Assembly (NCBI GenBank): GCA_050298055.1
Contig: JBNKTL010000009.1
Span: 32,001 to 96,000, forward strand
Direction: 5' to 3'
DNA from: Spirochaetota bacterium
GTDB taxonomy: Bacteria > Spirochaetota > UBA4802 > UBA5550
DNA length: 64,000 bases
Position numbers and translations under genes: made by a program. Within the stretch, counting starts at the first letter, position 1, and each line of letters opens with the position of its first letter. Positions 20,020 to 29,313 of this stretch are shown one piece after another. The notes under the pieces were generated by a model, which searched no databases, was not told where the DNA came from, and saw only the letters and a program-made list of their open reading frames with translations.

Positions 20020-20904
20020 CTAGAACATATAGAGAGCGCTGATAAACACACCGTAGATATAGTCGTTCAGCGGCTTGTCCGGGGTCAGTTCATTCCCCCC
20101 TGGATTGAATTTGTCGACAAAATCCGTTTTCATCCACTGGAAGCGGAAACCCAGGGTAACGATCATGTCATCAAGGATTTTTGCTCCTACAGTGGGCTCG
20201 AAGTTCATCCCGTACTGTTTTGTCTTAAAGGAACCTAAATTTTGGGTGTCAGGTGTGGAGATCAGGCTTGTACCACTCGGTTCATAGCGGTCCTCTTGAA
20301 AGCTGGAAAATTTCCATTTTCCCCACATGTAGACAAATGTGAGGTTTACGGCGGCAAAATACGTATCACTAAAGGCATGGGAATAACCTGCACCCACCGC
20401 CGGCCCGTGGGCGGGAAACTCCAGGGTCTCCTGTAAATGGTTGGCTTCATCCGAATCAATGTCTATATAGGTGGCAACCAGGTCCATATCAACTACCTGG
20501 TACTTATATCCCGCGATGAGCTTGACCCCCTTCATGAGCCTGTAGCTCAGGGCCGTATCGATGTCCGTTCTATTAATTTCAACATTGTATGTCCCCGTAA
20601 AAGTTGAATATGAACCTTTCCAGAGCTTATATTCATTATGCTCTGAAAAGTACTTTGTCTGTTTCCCGGTAAGGAGCGAGAGGGAGAGTGAAAACTCATC
20701 ATTTATCATCAGGGACGCAACAGGGCCGTAAAGGAGACCGTCGCCCCTGTCAACCTGTTCCAGGCCGCCCCCTTTAAGCTCCGAAAACATGGGCTCCCAG
20801 ACATAGTAACCGGACTTGGCGCCTGCCATAAAGTTCATGGAGTAGAGATTAATTGTAAAAAACCAGCTAAAAAATATTAACAACAGGCAGAGTCTTTTTT
20901 TCAT
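20020..20904 (-). CDS. Outer-membrane beta-barrel protein
   Basis: Signal peptide, alternating amphipathic beta strands, C-terminal Phe (ISALYMF). Confidence 0.75.
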   Translation of the reverse strand: MKKRLCLLLIFFSWFFTINLYSMNFMAGAKSGYYVWEPMFSELKGGGLEQVDRGDGLLYGPVASLMINDEFSLSLSLLTGKQTKYFSEHNEYKLWKGSYSTFTGTYNVEINRTDIDTALSYRLMKGVKLIAGYKYQVVDMDLVATYIDIDSDEANHLQETLEFPAHGPAVGAGYSHAFSDTYFAAVNLTFVYMWGKWKFSSFQEDRYEPSGTSLISTPDTQNLGSFKTKQYGMNFEPTVGAKILDDMIVTLGFRFQWMKTDFVDKFNPGGNELTPDKPLNDYIYGVFISALYMF

Positions 20905-21056
20905 TTTTTTCTCCTTTTATTACATGTCATTATATATTTCCTTCACGGAAATCCGGCTAATATCATTTAGTGAAATATGTTTTTTTCTTGCCGCTTGGCA
21001 CCAAGCATGAATTACTAACACGAAAATGTCAAGGTATTATAAGCTTTAGGAAAATC

Positions 21057-23033
21057 ATGGAAGACCCTATTCACAGGATATTTGCAGGTAACGGAATTCT
21101 CAGGGATGAAATTCCCGGGTACGAGTTCAGGAAGGAGCAGCACCAGATGGCGGACTTCATCTCTGAAAGGCTGTATGAATCGGAGAACGGGCTCATAGAA
21201 GCGGGGACCGGCACCGGGAAGACACTGGCCTACCTGGTCCCTTCCATTATCTACGCCATTGAAAATGAAAAGAAGGTCACCGTGACCACAGAGACAAAGG
21301 CCCTGCAAAAACAGCTTATTGAGAAAGACCTTCCCCTTGTGAAGAAAATCCTGAAAAAAAATTTCAGCCTGGATTTTACCTCCTCACTCTGCCTGGGAAG
21401 CGGTAACTATCCCTGCAGGAGAAGATTCGAATCAGCGGTAAAAAAGGGCCAGTTTGCGCAGAAAGACCTCTCCGGGGTGGAGATCCTCAACGAGTTCTTT
21501 GGAAAGAAGAAAATTTTCACACGTTTTGATCTCCCGGTATCCGCCTCCCTCTGGACCCGGGTCGCCCGGGAACCCGACGCGTGCATATCCTTTAAGTGCG
21601 TTTTCGCGAAGATGTGTCCCTACCAGCTCGCGAAAAAAGAATGGGCGGCATCCCACGTCCTTATCATGAACCACTATCTTTATTTTACCAATATCAGCAT
21701 GGGGCGGACATATCTTCCCGTGACAGATATTACCCTGTTCGACGAGGCCCATTCGGTTGAAGATATCGCCTCGGCACAGCTGGGCTTCAGTCTCGGGTAC
21801 AGCCAGTTCCTTGAAATTACGGAACGCTTTTATCACGGCAGAAAGAGAAACCGGCTGGTTCAGAATATCAGCAACCCTGTTTTAAAGAAAAAAATTATTG
21901 ATACGATAAAAGAGCTCCAGGCCGGGACCAGCCGGTTCTTCGAAGAGGTGAGGTCATTCTTTCCCGGAAACGCCGTCCAGCTGCGCCTGAAGGAAAAGAG
22001 AGAGTATTCGGCAAACCCCGCCGGTTTACTCAGGGAACTTCTTGCTCTCATGGGTGAAGCGGAGGACGAGTTCGATGATGATTTCCTGAGGATGGAGTAC
22101 GATATCGCCATGGGGCGGCTCTTCCAGTTTTCGGAAAACCTCGCCGGGTTTATCTCCATGAACGATGAAAATTCCGTTTACTGGATAGAGAGGAGTGACC
22201 GGGAATTGATCGGCGATGTCTTCCTGAAAGGGCAGCCTGTTTCCGTAGCGAAAATCATGGAAGAAGATGTCCTCCCCCACAACTCATCGTCCCTCTTTGT
22301 ATCGGCCACTCTCTCCGCAGGAGGGGACTTCAGGTACATCACGGAGAGGCTCGGTCTCAGGAGAGAGAAGTCCCTTGTCCTGGAATCGTCCTTCAACTTC
22401 AGGGAGCAGGCGGTGATCTACCTGGAATCGGGTCCCGGCAATCCCAATGATCCCGGCTTTATTGAAAAATCCGCAGAGACCGCTTCAAAGATCATCAAAC
22501 ACCTTGGAGGGAACTGCCTGTTGCTCCTGACCTCATACAGGTCCCTTGAAATAATGAAGGAAAAGATAAGGGAGCTCACAGACTACCCTGTCTTTTCCCA
22601 GGATGAATATACCTCCTCCCGGGCGGTGGAGATGTACAGGGACCATGACAACTCCATTCTCATGGGAACACACTCCTTCTGGCAGGGGATAGACCTCCCC
22701 GGTGATCTTCTCAGGGGGGTGATAATGATGAGACTCCCTTTCTCTGTCCCCGATTCACCGGTGGTGGAGGCAAAGATGGAGAGGCTCGCTGAACAGGGAA
22801 AGAACCCCTTCCTCTCGTTCCAGGTCCCCGATGCCATTATCAGGTTCAGGCAGGGGTTCGGAAGGCTCATACGAAGCAGGAGTGACAGGGGGATTGTTGC
22901 CGTCATGGACCCGCGGATCGTGACAAAGCCCTACGGCAGGCATTTCCTGAGTTCTGTTCCCGGGTGCGATATCGTCTATACCGTCAATGAGCTGGTTGAG
23001 AGATTCAGCCCGGATTATAATTCAAAGGTGTAA
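21057..23033 (+). CDS. dinG: DinG/YoaA-family ATP-dependent Fe-S DNA helicase
   Basis: Q motif RKEQ, EAGTGTGKTLAYL, four Fe-S Cys, DEAH, SATL, FWQGIDLPG, QGFGRLIRS; start placed at ATG 21057. Confidence 0.92.
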   Translation: MEDPIHRIFAGNGILRDEIPGYEFRKEQHQMADFISERLYESENGLIEAGTGTGKTLAYLVPSIIYAIENEKKVTVTTETKALQKQLIEKDLPLVKKILKKNFSLDFTSSLCLGSGNYPCRRRFESAVKKGQFAQKDLSGVEILNEFFGKKKIFTRFDLPVSASLWTRVAREPDACISFKCVFAKMCPYQLAKKEWAASHVLIMNHYLYFTNISMGRTYLPVTDITLFDEAHSVEDIASAQLGFSLGYSQFLEITERFYHGRKRNRLVQNISNPVLKKKIIDTIKELQAGTSRFFEEVRSFFPGNAVQLRLKEKREYSANPAGLLRELLALMGEAEDEFDDDFLRMEYDIAMGRLFQFSENLAGFISMNDENSVYWIERSDRELIGDVFLKGQPVSVAKIMEEDVLPHNSSSLFVSATLSAGGDFRYITERLGLRREKSLVLESSFNFREQAVIYLESGPGNPNDPGFIEKSAETASKIIKHLGGNCLLLLTSYRSLEIMKEKIRELTDYPVFSQDEYTSSRAVEMYRDHDNSILMGTHSFWQGIDLPGDLLRGVIMMRLPFSVPDSPVVEAKMERLAEQGKNPFLSFQVPDAIIRFRQGFGRLIRSRSDRGIVAVMDPRIVTKPYGRHFLSSVPGCDIVYTVNELVERFSPDYNSKV

Positions 23034-23857
23034 GCCACAACCCTGTTGTCAAAGAATGTGGGAACAATGAGCATCTTCAGGGAGGGAACAACCTCAATAT
23101 CCGCGGCGTTGATTTTCCGGTTCGTGGTATCCGAGATCACCATCTTCTCCCTGTTGTTCACAAGCTGTATCTTCCCCGCCCAGTCGCTGATGACGTAGAG
23201 ACCCTCGTCAAGGGCCTCAAGCCCGTCAATGGGACCGGTCTCCGGGACCAGGGGGGTGATCTCTTTTTTCTTTAGATCAATTTTAACAATACTGTTTTCT
23301 GTTCCCGCAAGGAGATAGTCGTTTTCAAAGAAAAGTCCGTTGACCCGTTTCAGCTTCTCCGAGTTGAGAAAAAGAGAAACTGTTCCGCCTTTAAGAAGAT
23401 AAATTGTATTTGTGGACATATCGGAAATGTAAACAGACCCGTCATTGCCCACTGTTATATCATTGAGAAAAACAGCATCCTTGACGTGAAAGATACCGGC
23501 AATGATCCCGGAAGAAGTGTTGAGGGACACGATCCTGTCTATGTCGGTAACATAAAGCTTTTCGTTTGAGAGACCCATACCCTTGGGAGCGTTAAACCCG
23601 GTGGACCAGTTGAGTTTAATAACTCTTCCTTCAAGACTGAGCTGCGAGATAAAGCCGTTCCCGTCCTTTTCAAGGGGCTTACCGTTGATGTTTGATACAT
23701 AGAGGACCTTTTTCTTCGGGTCATAAAGGACCGATTCCGGTGTTTTTAATTCCTTCCCGGTTGCCCATACCTGTTTCAGCTTGATTTTTTTCATAATACA
23801 GGAAGTCATCATCAAAAAGGAGAGACCGATGGATAATAAGATAAGATTCTTTTTCAT
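23015..23857 (-). CDS. SMP-30/gluconolactonase-like beta-propeller lipoprotein
   Basis: Lipobox MTSC, PESVLYD, YVSNING, DGNGFIS, NAPKGM, FLNDI, NGL, DGL, AADI; start at 23857 (GGAGG RBS). Confidence 0.82.
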   Translation of the reverse strand: MKKNLILLSIGLSFLMMTSCIMKKIKLKQVWATGKELKTPESVLYDPKKKVLYVSNINGKPLEKDGNGFISQLSLEGRVIKLNWSTGFNAPKGMGLSNEKLYVTDIDRIVSLNTSSGIIAGIFHVKDAVFLNDITVGNDGSVYISDMSTNTIYLLKGGTVSLFLNSEKLKRVNGLFFENDYLLAGTENSIVKIDLKKKEITPLVPETGPIDGLEALDEGLYVISDWAGKIQLVNNREKMVISDTTNRKINAADIEVVPSLKMLIVPTFFDNRVVAYTFEL

Positions 23858-23995
23858 GGTTATACCTCCCAGAAATGTGAAGAAGGTATTCTCTCTTAAC
23901 TGAATTGTCAAACTCTTTATGAGTTATCAGGCCCTGTACAGGGGTGATTTTTGCCATTTATACATTAATTTCAGTTGACATTATAGAACTTTGAA

Positions 23996-24040
23996 TTGTG
24001 ATAGGCACAAATATCTGGGGATTTGTACATAAATTCACAG
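23996..24040. promoter_or_regulatory. Palindromic operators upstream of the oxidoreductase (one Rex-box-like)
   Basis: TTGTG-ATAGG-CACAA (23996-24010) and TTGTACATAAATTCACAG (24023-24040; Rex consensus TTGTGAANNNNTTCACAA). Confidence 0.4.
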
Positions 24041-24083
24041 GTTTCTGCTTTAAAAAATAAAATAACTCGGACTGCATCAGCCT

Positions 24084-26201
24084 ATGAAAATCGTAGATTC
24101 ATACAATCTGGCACCTACTGATATTACCAGGGAATTTTACTTTAATGTTGGCGGAGTTGGCGGTTTTATGAGATGGGGAATTTATATCTTCATGTTCATT
24201 GCTGTCGGCTATCTTCTCTTTACCCTTACCCGCAGAATAAAGGTCTGGAAGCTTGGAAAGGGGAAGATCAATACAGACAGGCCCTTTAAGAGGCTCATTG
24301 CCGTAATAAAATATGTTTTTTTCCAGAAGAAGATATTACGGGAAGGATACGCGGGAATAATGCATGCCTCAATCTTCTTCGGTTTTCTCGGCCTGTTCGT
24401 GGTAACCATGATAATAGTTGTCCAGGAAGACCTGACGGCACTCTTTTTCCATTATCATTTCATTCATGGGTCCTTTTATCTTATCTGGTCCCTAGCCGGC
24501 GACCTTTTCGGGCTGATCGTTATCATCGGCCTCCTCCTGGCAATAAAGAGAAGATATCTTACAAAGCCCACACGACTGGACACAAAGCCCACAGATACCT
24601 TTGCGCTTTTCATAGTGGTCATTATTGTCATAACCGGTTTTCTTAACGAGGCAATGAGGATAGCAATTACCGGGTTTCCCGCATTTGAAGTGTGGTCACC
24701 GGTGGGATGGGTGGTGGCGAAGCTTTTTGTTTCCGCCAATGTGCCTGTTCTTGAGAAGGTCCACTACGCGAACTGGTGGTTTCATATGATCGCGGCATTC
24801 TCCTTTGTGGGACTTATTGCAACGGAGAAGCTGGGTCATATCGTTATTTCCACAATGAACATCTTTACAATGAACCTGGATAATGAAAATCCTGAAACCA
24901 GGTATACACTGCCCCTGATCAAACCGGAAGAGTTTGAGACCGAAGAATCGTGGGGAGTCCTTAACATGGAGGAGCTCAGGAGGAATGACCTTCTTGACAG
25001 TGAAGCCTGTACCCGGTGCGGCCGGTGCCAGGACCAGTGCCCGGCATATCTTACCGAAAAGCCCCTGTCGCCCAAAAAGATGATAAATGACATCAGGGAC
25101 AACATGAATGAAAGGGCCCCCCTTCTTCTGAAAGCCGGGAGCCCCGGGTCCGTGGAATCAACACCCCTGACAAACGGTGCCGTCACCAGGGACGAGTACT
25201 GGTCATGCACCAACTGCGCGGCCTGTATGGAGGCATGCCCGGTAAATATTGAACATGTTCCAAAGATGACTGATATGAGAAGATATACTGTTCTCATGGA
25301 AGCGGGACAGACAGGCGAGCTCCAGCAGGCTTTTGTTAATATGGAGAACCAGTTCAATCCCTACGGGTTCGGTTTTGCCGCCAGGGGTGACTGGCTCCCT
25401 GAAGATCTCGGTGTTAAGATGATCTCCGATGACCGGGAAGTTGATTACTGTTACTTTGTGGGGTGTGCCGCTTCTTTCGATAAAAGGAACCAGAAGGTCG
25501 CCGAGGCATTCCTGAGGATAATGAAAAAGGCCGGTTTAAAAGTCGGGATACTGGGGCCCGAAGAGGTCTGCTGCGGTGATGCTGCCATGAGGGCCGGGAA
25601 CGAATACCTCTTTCATATGCTGGTGACCCAGAACCTTGAGACATTCAAAAACTACGGGATTAAGAAAATTGTTACAACCTGTCCCCATGGTTACAATGTG
25701 TTAAAGAAGGAGTACAAAGAATTTGCGGGAGTGGGACTTGACTCGGAGGGAAAAGCCCTTGAGTATAACTTTGAGGTATTCCATCATTCCGATATTATCT
25801 TTGACCTTATTAAAAACGGTAAGATTAAACTCAATGAATCCCTTGAAAACAGAATAACCTATCATGATTCATGTTTTCTGGGAAGATATAATGATAAATA
25901 TGACAAGCCGAGAGAGATTATAAAATCCATCCCCGGGACCCAGATGGTTGAGATGAGCAGGAACCAGGAAAGGAGTTTCTGCTGCGGAGCCGGAGGCGCG
26001 CGGATGTTTATAGAGGAACATCTCGGTACACGGATCAACCAGTTCAGAACAAAGGACGCTCAGTCGTCAGGTGCCGAAAAGATCTGTACCGCGTGCCCCT
26101 TTTGCATGACAATGCTCACAGACGGCGCAACAGAACTGGATATTTCAAACCTGGAGACGTTTGACCTGGCGGAACTGGTCTACAATTCCATGGAAAAATA
26201 A
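24084..26201 (+). CDS. Membrane-bound heterodisulfide-reductase-related Fe-S oxidoreductase (HdrF/FadF-like; NarI-like TM domain, 2x[4Fe-4S], 2 CCG domains)
   Basis: TM His residues (MHASIF, WWFHM, LGHI), CTRCGRCQDQCP, CTNCAACMEACP, EVCCG, TTCPHG, YHDSCFLGR, CCGAGG, TACPFC. Confidence 0.92.
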   Translation: MKIVDSYNLAPTDITREFYFNVGGVGGFMRWGIYIFMFIAVGYLLFTLTRRIKVWKLGKGKINTDRPFKRLIAVIKYVFFQKKILREGYAGIMHASIFFGFLGLFVVTMIIVVQEDLTALFFHYHFIHGSFYLIWSLAGDLFGLIVIIGLLLAIKRRYLTKPTRLDTKPTDTFALFIVVIIVITGFLNEAMRIAITGFPAFEVWSPVGWVVAKLFVSANVPVLEKVHYANWWFHMIAAFSFVGLIATEKLGHIVISTMNIFTMNLDNENPETRYTLPLIKPEEFETEESWGVLNMEELRRNDLLDSEACTRCGRCQDQCPAYLTEKPLSPKKMINDIRDNMNERAPLLLKAGSPGSVESTPLTNGAVTRDEYWSCTNCAACMEACPVNIEHVPKMTDMRRYTVLMEAGQTGELQQAFVNMENQFNPYGFGFAARGDWLPEDLGVKMISDDREVDYCYFVGCAASFDKRNQKVAEAFLRIMKKAGLKVGILGPEEVCCGDAAMRAGNEYLFHMLVTQNLETFKNYGIKKIVTTCPHGYNVLKKEYKEFAGVGLDSEGKALEYNFEVFHHSDIIFDLIKNGKIKLNESLENRITYHDSCFLGRYNDKYDKPREIIKSIPGTQMVEMSRNQERSFCCGAGGARMFIEEHLGTRINQFRTKDAQSSGAEKICTACPFCMTMLTDGATELDISNLETFDLAELVYNSMEK

Positions 26202-26254
26202 GCGGGCACTTAATTATAATTACATAATATCAAAAAAACAAGGAGTATGTTTTT

Positions 26255-28615
26255 ATGGAGAATTTGTTTTATGTTGCGCCAATCGGCTCAATTGTTGCTC
26301 TTCTCTTTGCCTGGGTTTTTTATAAGAGCATGATGAGTGCTGATCCTGGCAGTGAAACAATGGTTGAGATTGCCGGTCATGTAAAGCAGGGCGCAAAGGC
26401 TTATCTCAATAGACAGTACAAGGTTGTTACAATAGTTTTTATTGTTCTTCTGGTTATCCTGACTATCCTGTCATTTCTGGGCGTACAGAATCCCTTCGTT
26501 CCCTTTGCCTTCCTTACCGGAGGTTTCTTTTCGGGATTATGCGGATATCTCGGTATGATGACCGCGACCAACGCGTCAAACCGGACTGCCCAGGGTGCTT
26601 CACAGTCGTTGAATGCCGGTCTTAAAGTCGCGTTCAGGTCAGGAGCTGTTATGGGGCTGGTTGTTGTCGGATTCGGTCTGCTTGATATATCAATCTGGTA
26701 TCTTGCTCTCAACGCGATTTATGACAATAATATATTCGGACTTGGTGAGCATATCCTCAAGAGTCTTCCGGAAGACGTGGGTGCCGGAACAACTTTCTCA
26801 GCATCTGTTTTAACAAACACTGCATGGGTCAAGATCAAAATGAGTGAGATCACAACTACCATGCTTACATTTGGTATGGGCGCGTCCACACAGGCACTCT
26901 TTGCCCGTGTTGGCGGCGGTATCTTTACCAAAGCTGCCGATGTGGGTGCTGACCTCGTCGGTAAGGTTGAAGCGGGAATTCCTGAAGATGATCCGCGGAA
27001 CCCCGCGACAATAGCGGACAACGTCGGAGATAATGTTGGTGATGTTGCAGGAATGGGCGCTGACCTTTATGAATCTTACTGCGGTTCCATCCTTGCGACT
27101 GCAGCGCTGGGTGCTGCCCTTCCCCTTGCAGAGGGTGCTACAATTATCGATATCATCAAACCGATCATTGCGCCAATGGTTGTGGGCGGACTGGGTATCA
27201 TGTTCTCTGTTATTGGAATATTCGCGGTCAGGACAAAGGAAGACTCTTCCATGAAGAACCTTCTCAAGTCACTGAATGTAGGTGTCTGGGGAAGTTCATT
27301 CCTTATCCTCGCGGCGCTTGCGGTTATGGCTTCACAGGGGATCATCACCTGGGGTATTTTCGGTGCTGTTATTGTGGGTCTCATAGCCGGTCTGATCATC
27401 GGGCAGGCAACCGAATACTATACCTCTGATGAATATAAGCCCACACAGCAGATTGCCGCGCAGACCCAAATGGGTCATGCCACAACGATTATCGAAGGTA
27501 TCGGCGTGGGGATGTTCTCCGCGGGGATACCTGTTGTGACCATCGTTATCGGCATTCTTCTTGCTTTTGGCGTGTCCGGGGGATTTACAAACATGAACGC
27601 GGGACTCTATGGAATCGGTTTTGCCGCTGTAGGAATGCTCTCCACTCTCGGTATCACGCTTGCCACAGACGCGTACGGGCCCATTGCTGACAACGCAGGC
27701 GGTAACGCCGAGATGAGCGGTCTTGATCCCAAGGTTCGTGAAAGAACAGACGCCCTTGATATGCTGGGCAATACAACTGCCGCTACAGGTAAGGGTTTTG
27801 CTATCGGTTCCGCAGCTCTCACAGCCATGGCTCTTCTTTCCGCTTATCTTGAAGAGATCAAGATCTGGCTCGGCAAGCTTGGCGGAAAAGAGGGTTTTCA
27901 GGTTGGAGGATATAAGTTTTACGCAGTGCTCCCCGATGCCGATACAATTGCGAAGGCAAAAGAGCAGGGAGTCATAATAATGAAATCTTCTGCTGCCGCA
28001 ATATCTGATTTTGTGGCCGCTTATGACTTAAGCCTCATGAATCCCATGGTGCTTTCCGGTATATTTATCGGTGCCATGATGGCTTTCGTTTTCAGCGCAA
28101 TGACAATGAAGGCTGTTGGAAGGGCCGCAGGGGACATGGTCAACGAAGTGAGAAGGCAGTTCAGGGAAATCCCAGGCATTATGGATGGAAAGGGAAAGCC
28201 CGACTATGCAAGCTGTGTTGCCATTTCTACCGCAGGAGCACAAAAAGAGATGATCGTTCCTTCGCTTATGGCTATTATCGTTCCTGTTGTTACAGGGATT
28301 TTCCTCGGAGTCGGCGGGGTCCTGGGACTTCTTGTGGGCGGACTGACCGCGGGTTTCTCTCTTGCATGCCTCCTGAATAACTCCGGCGGCGCGTGGGACA
28401 ATGCCAAGAAGTTTATCGAGAAGGGAAATTTCGGCGGCAAGGGGTCCGATTCTCACAAGGCCGGTGTTACCGGTGATACGGTTGGTGATCCTTTTAAGGA
28501 CACATCAGGTCCTGCGCTGAACATCCTGATAAAACTTATGTCAATGGTATCGGTTGTATTTGCCGGTGTTGTTGTCAAGTATTCAAAATACTTTTCAGAT
28601 TTTATTGGTCTGTAA
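26255..28615 (+). CDS. hppA: K+-dependent membrane pyrophosphatase, Na+ (probably Na+,H+) translocating
   Basis: GGGIFTKAADVGADLVGKVEAGIPEDDPRNP, DNVGDNVGD, GNTTAA (Ala means K+-dependent), GDTVGDPFKDTSGP. Confidence 0.96.
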   Translation: MENLFYVAPIGSIVALLFAWVFYKSMMSADPGSETMVEIAGHVKQGAKAYLNRQYKVVTIVFIVLLVILTILSFLGVQNPFVPFAFLTGGFFSGLCGYLGMMTATNASNRTAQGASQSLNAGLKVAFRSGAVMGLVVVGFGLLDISIWYLALNAIYDNNIFGLGEHILKSLPEDVGAGTTFSASVLTNTAWVKIKMSEITTTMLTFGMGASTQALFARVGGGIFTKAADVGADLVGKVEAGIPEDDPRNPATIADNVGDNVGDVAGMGADLYESYCGSILATAALGAALPLAEGATIIDIIKPIIAPMVVGGLGIMFSVIGIFAVRTKEDSSMKNLLKSLNVGVWGSSFLILAALAVMASQGIITWGIFGAVIVGLIAGLIIGQATEYYTSDEYKPTQQIAAQTQMGHATTIIEGIGVGMFSAGIPVVTIVIGILLAFGVSGGFTNMNAGLYGIGFAAVGMLSTLGITLATDAYGPIADNAGGNAEMSGLDPKVRERTDALDMLGNTTAATGKGFAIGSAALTAMALLSAYLEEIKIWLGKLGGKEGFQVGGYKFYAVLPDADTIAKAKEQGVIIMKSSAAAISDFVAAYDLSLMNPMVLSGIFIGAMMAFVFSAMTMKAVGRAAGDMVNEVRRQFREIPGIMDGKGKPDYASCVAISTAGAQKEMIVPSLMAIIVPVVTGIFLGVGGVLGLLVGGLTAGFSLACLLNNSGGAWDNAKKFIEKGNFGGKGSDSHKAGVTGDTVGDPFKDTSGPALNILIKLMSMVSVVFAGVVVKYSKYFSDFIGL

Positions 28616-28638
28616 AAACTTTTTAATAATTGATAGAG

Positions 28639-28669
28639 AAAAAAGGGGTCCGGAAGGGCCCCTTTTTTT
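28639..28669 (+). terminator. Intrinsic terminator of hppA
   Basis: aaaaaaggggtcc-ggaa-gggcccc-ttttttt. Confidence 0.88.
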
Positions 28670-28670
28670 G

Positions 28671-28705
28671 GTGCGCCCGGTATGGACGAATGCTGACAGG
28701 TGTGA
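28671..28705 (+). mobile_element. 5' stub of a group IIC intron
   Basis: GTGCGCCCGGTATGGACGAATGCTGACAGGTGTGA begins right after the terminator U-tract; it matches the GTGCGCCCGGCATGG 5' end and the terminator targeting typical of IIC introns; no RT ORF follows. Confidence 0.7.
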
Positions 28706-28747
28706 TAATAAATCTTACTATAATAAGGTCATATGCGCATATTTCCC

Positions 28748-28777
28748 TTGACAGGAATTTTTTTTCAGACGTACAAT
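28748..28777 (+). promoter_or_regulatory. Sigma70-type promoter for the Cys-rich peptide gene
   Basis: TTGACA-N18-TACAAT. Confidence 0.55.
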
Positions 28778-28857
28778 TAACTGTTTTGAGTTCAAAAAGA
28801 AATTGAGCTTGAGATGAAAGGGTTCAGAAAAAATTTATTGGCATCAGGAGGCATCTT

Positions 28858-29139
28858 TTGGCTAGATTAATTGTATCTTTAAGTTTAATAGGAAGTTTTC
28901 TCGTGGTTTTACCGGTTGAGTCCCGGGCCAGGGACAAGTGCTGGCTTCTCAGCAGCAGAAGTGTGGGAAGAATGAAGTGCAAGTATACCTGGAAGAAGAA
29001 AAGAAGCAAGTTGCACAGTTGGGCCACAAACTGGTGCCGGAACACGGGAATTGGAAATAAATTGAAGAACACTCAATACTTCTCATGTAATAAAAAAGGA
29101 ACGAAGTGCAGGGAGATTAATGCTACCTGCTACAAGTAA
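28858..29139 (+). CDS. Small secreted, highly cationic 6-Cys protein
   Basis: AGGAGG RBS with TTG start; signal peptide ending ..ESRA; mature ~69 aa with 6 Cys, 19 K/R and 2 D/E. Confidence 0.75.
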   Translation: MARLIVSLSLIGSFLVVLPVESRARDKCWLLSSRSVGRMKCKYTWKKKRSKLHSWATNWCRNTGIGNKLKNTQYFSCNKKGTKCREINATCYK

Positions 29140-29313
29140 CGAAAAGAGACCAACTGGAGAGAAAGCATTTATACATTCAACAATCACGCTTTTTTAAAAA
29201 TTAACAATTTTTTTATATTACAGGGGTTTTCATTTTAAAATAATTAGTTATATTTAAGAAAAGAAATTATAGATAATTCTAAAATTCTTAATATTTTCAA
29301 CTAATTATTTTAA

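Noticed and set aside
19781..20023. 80 aa ORF in the track
   Set aside because: It overlaps the canonical rubredoxin in another frame.
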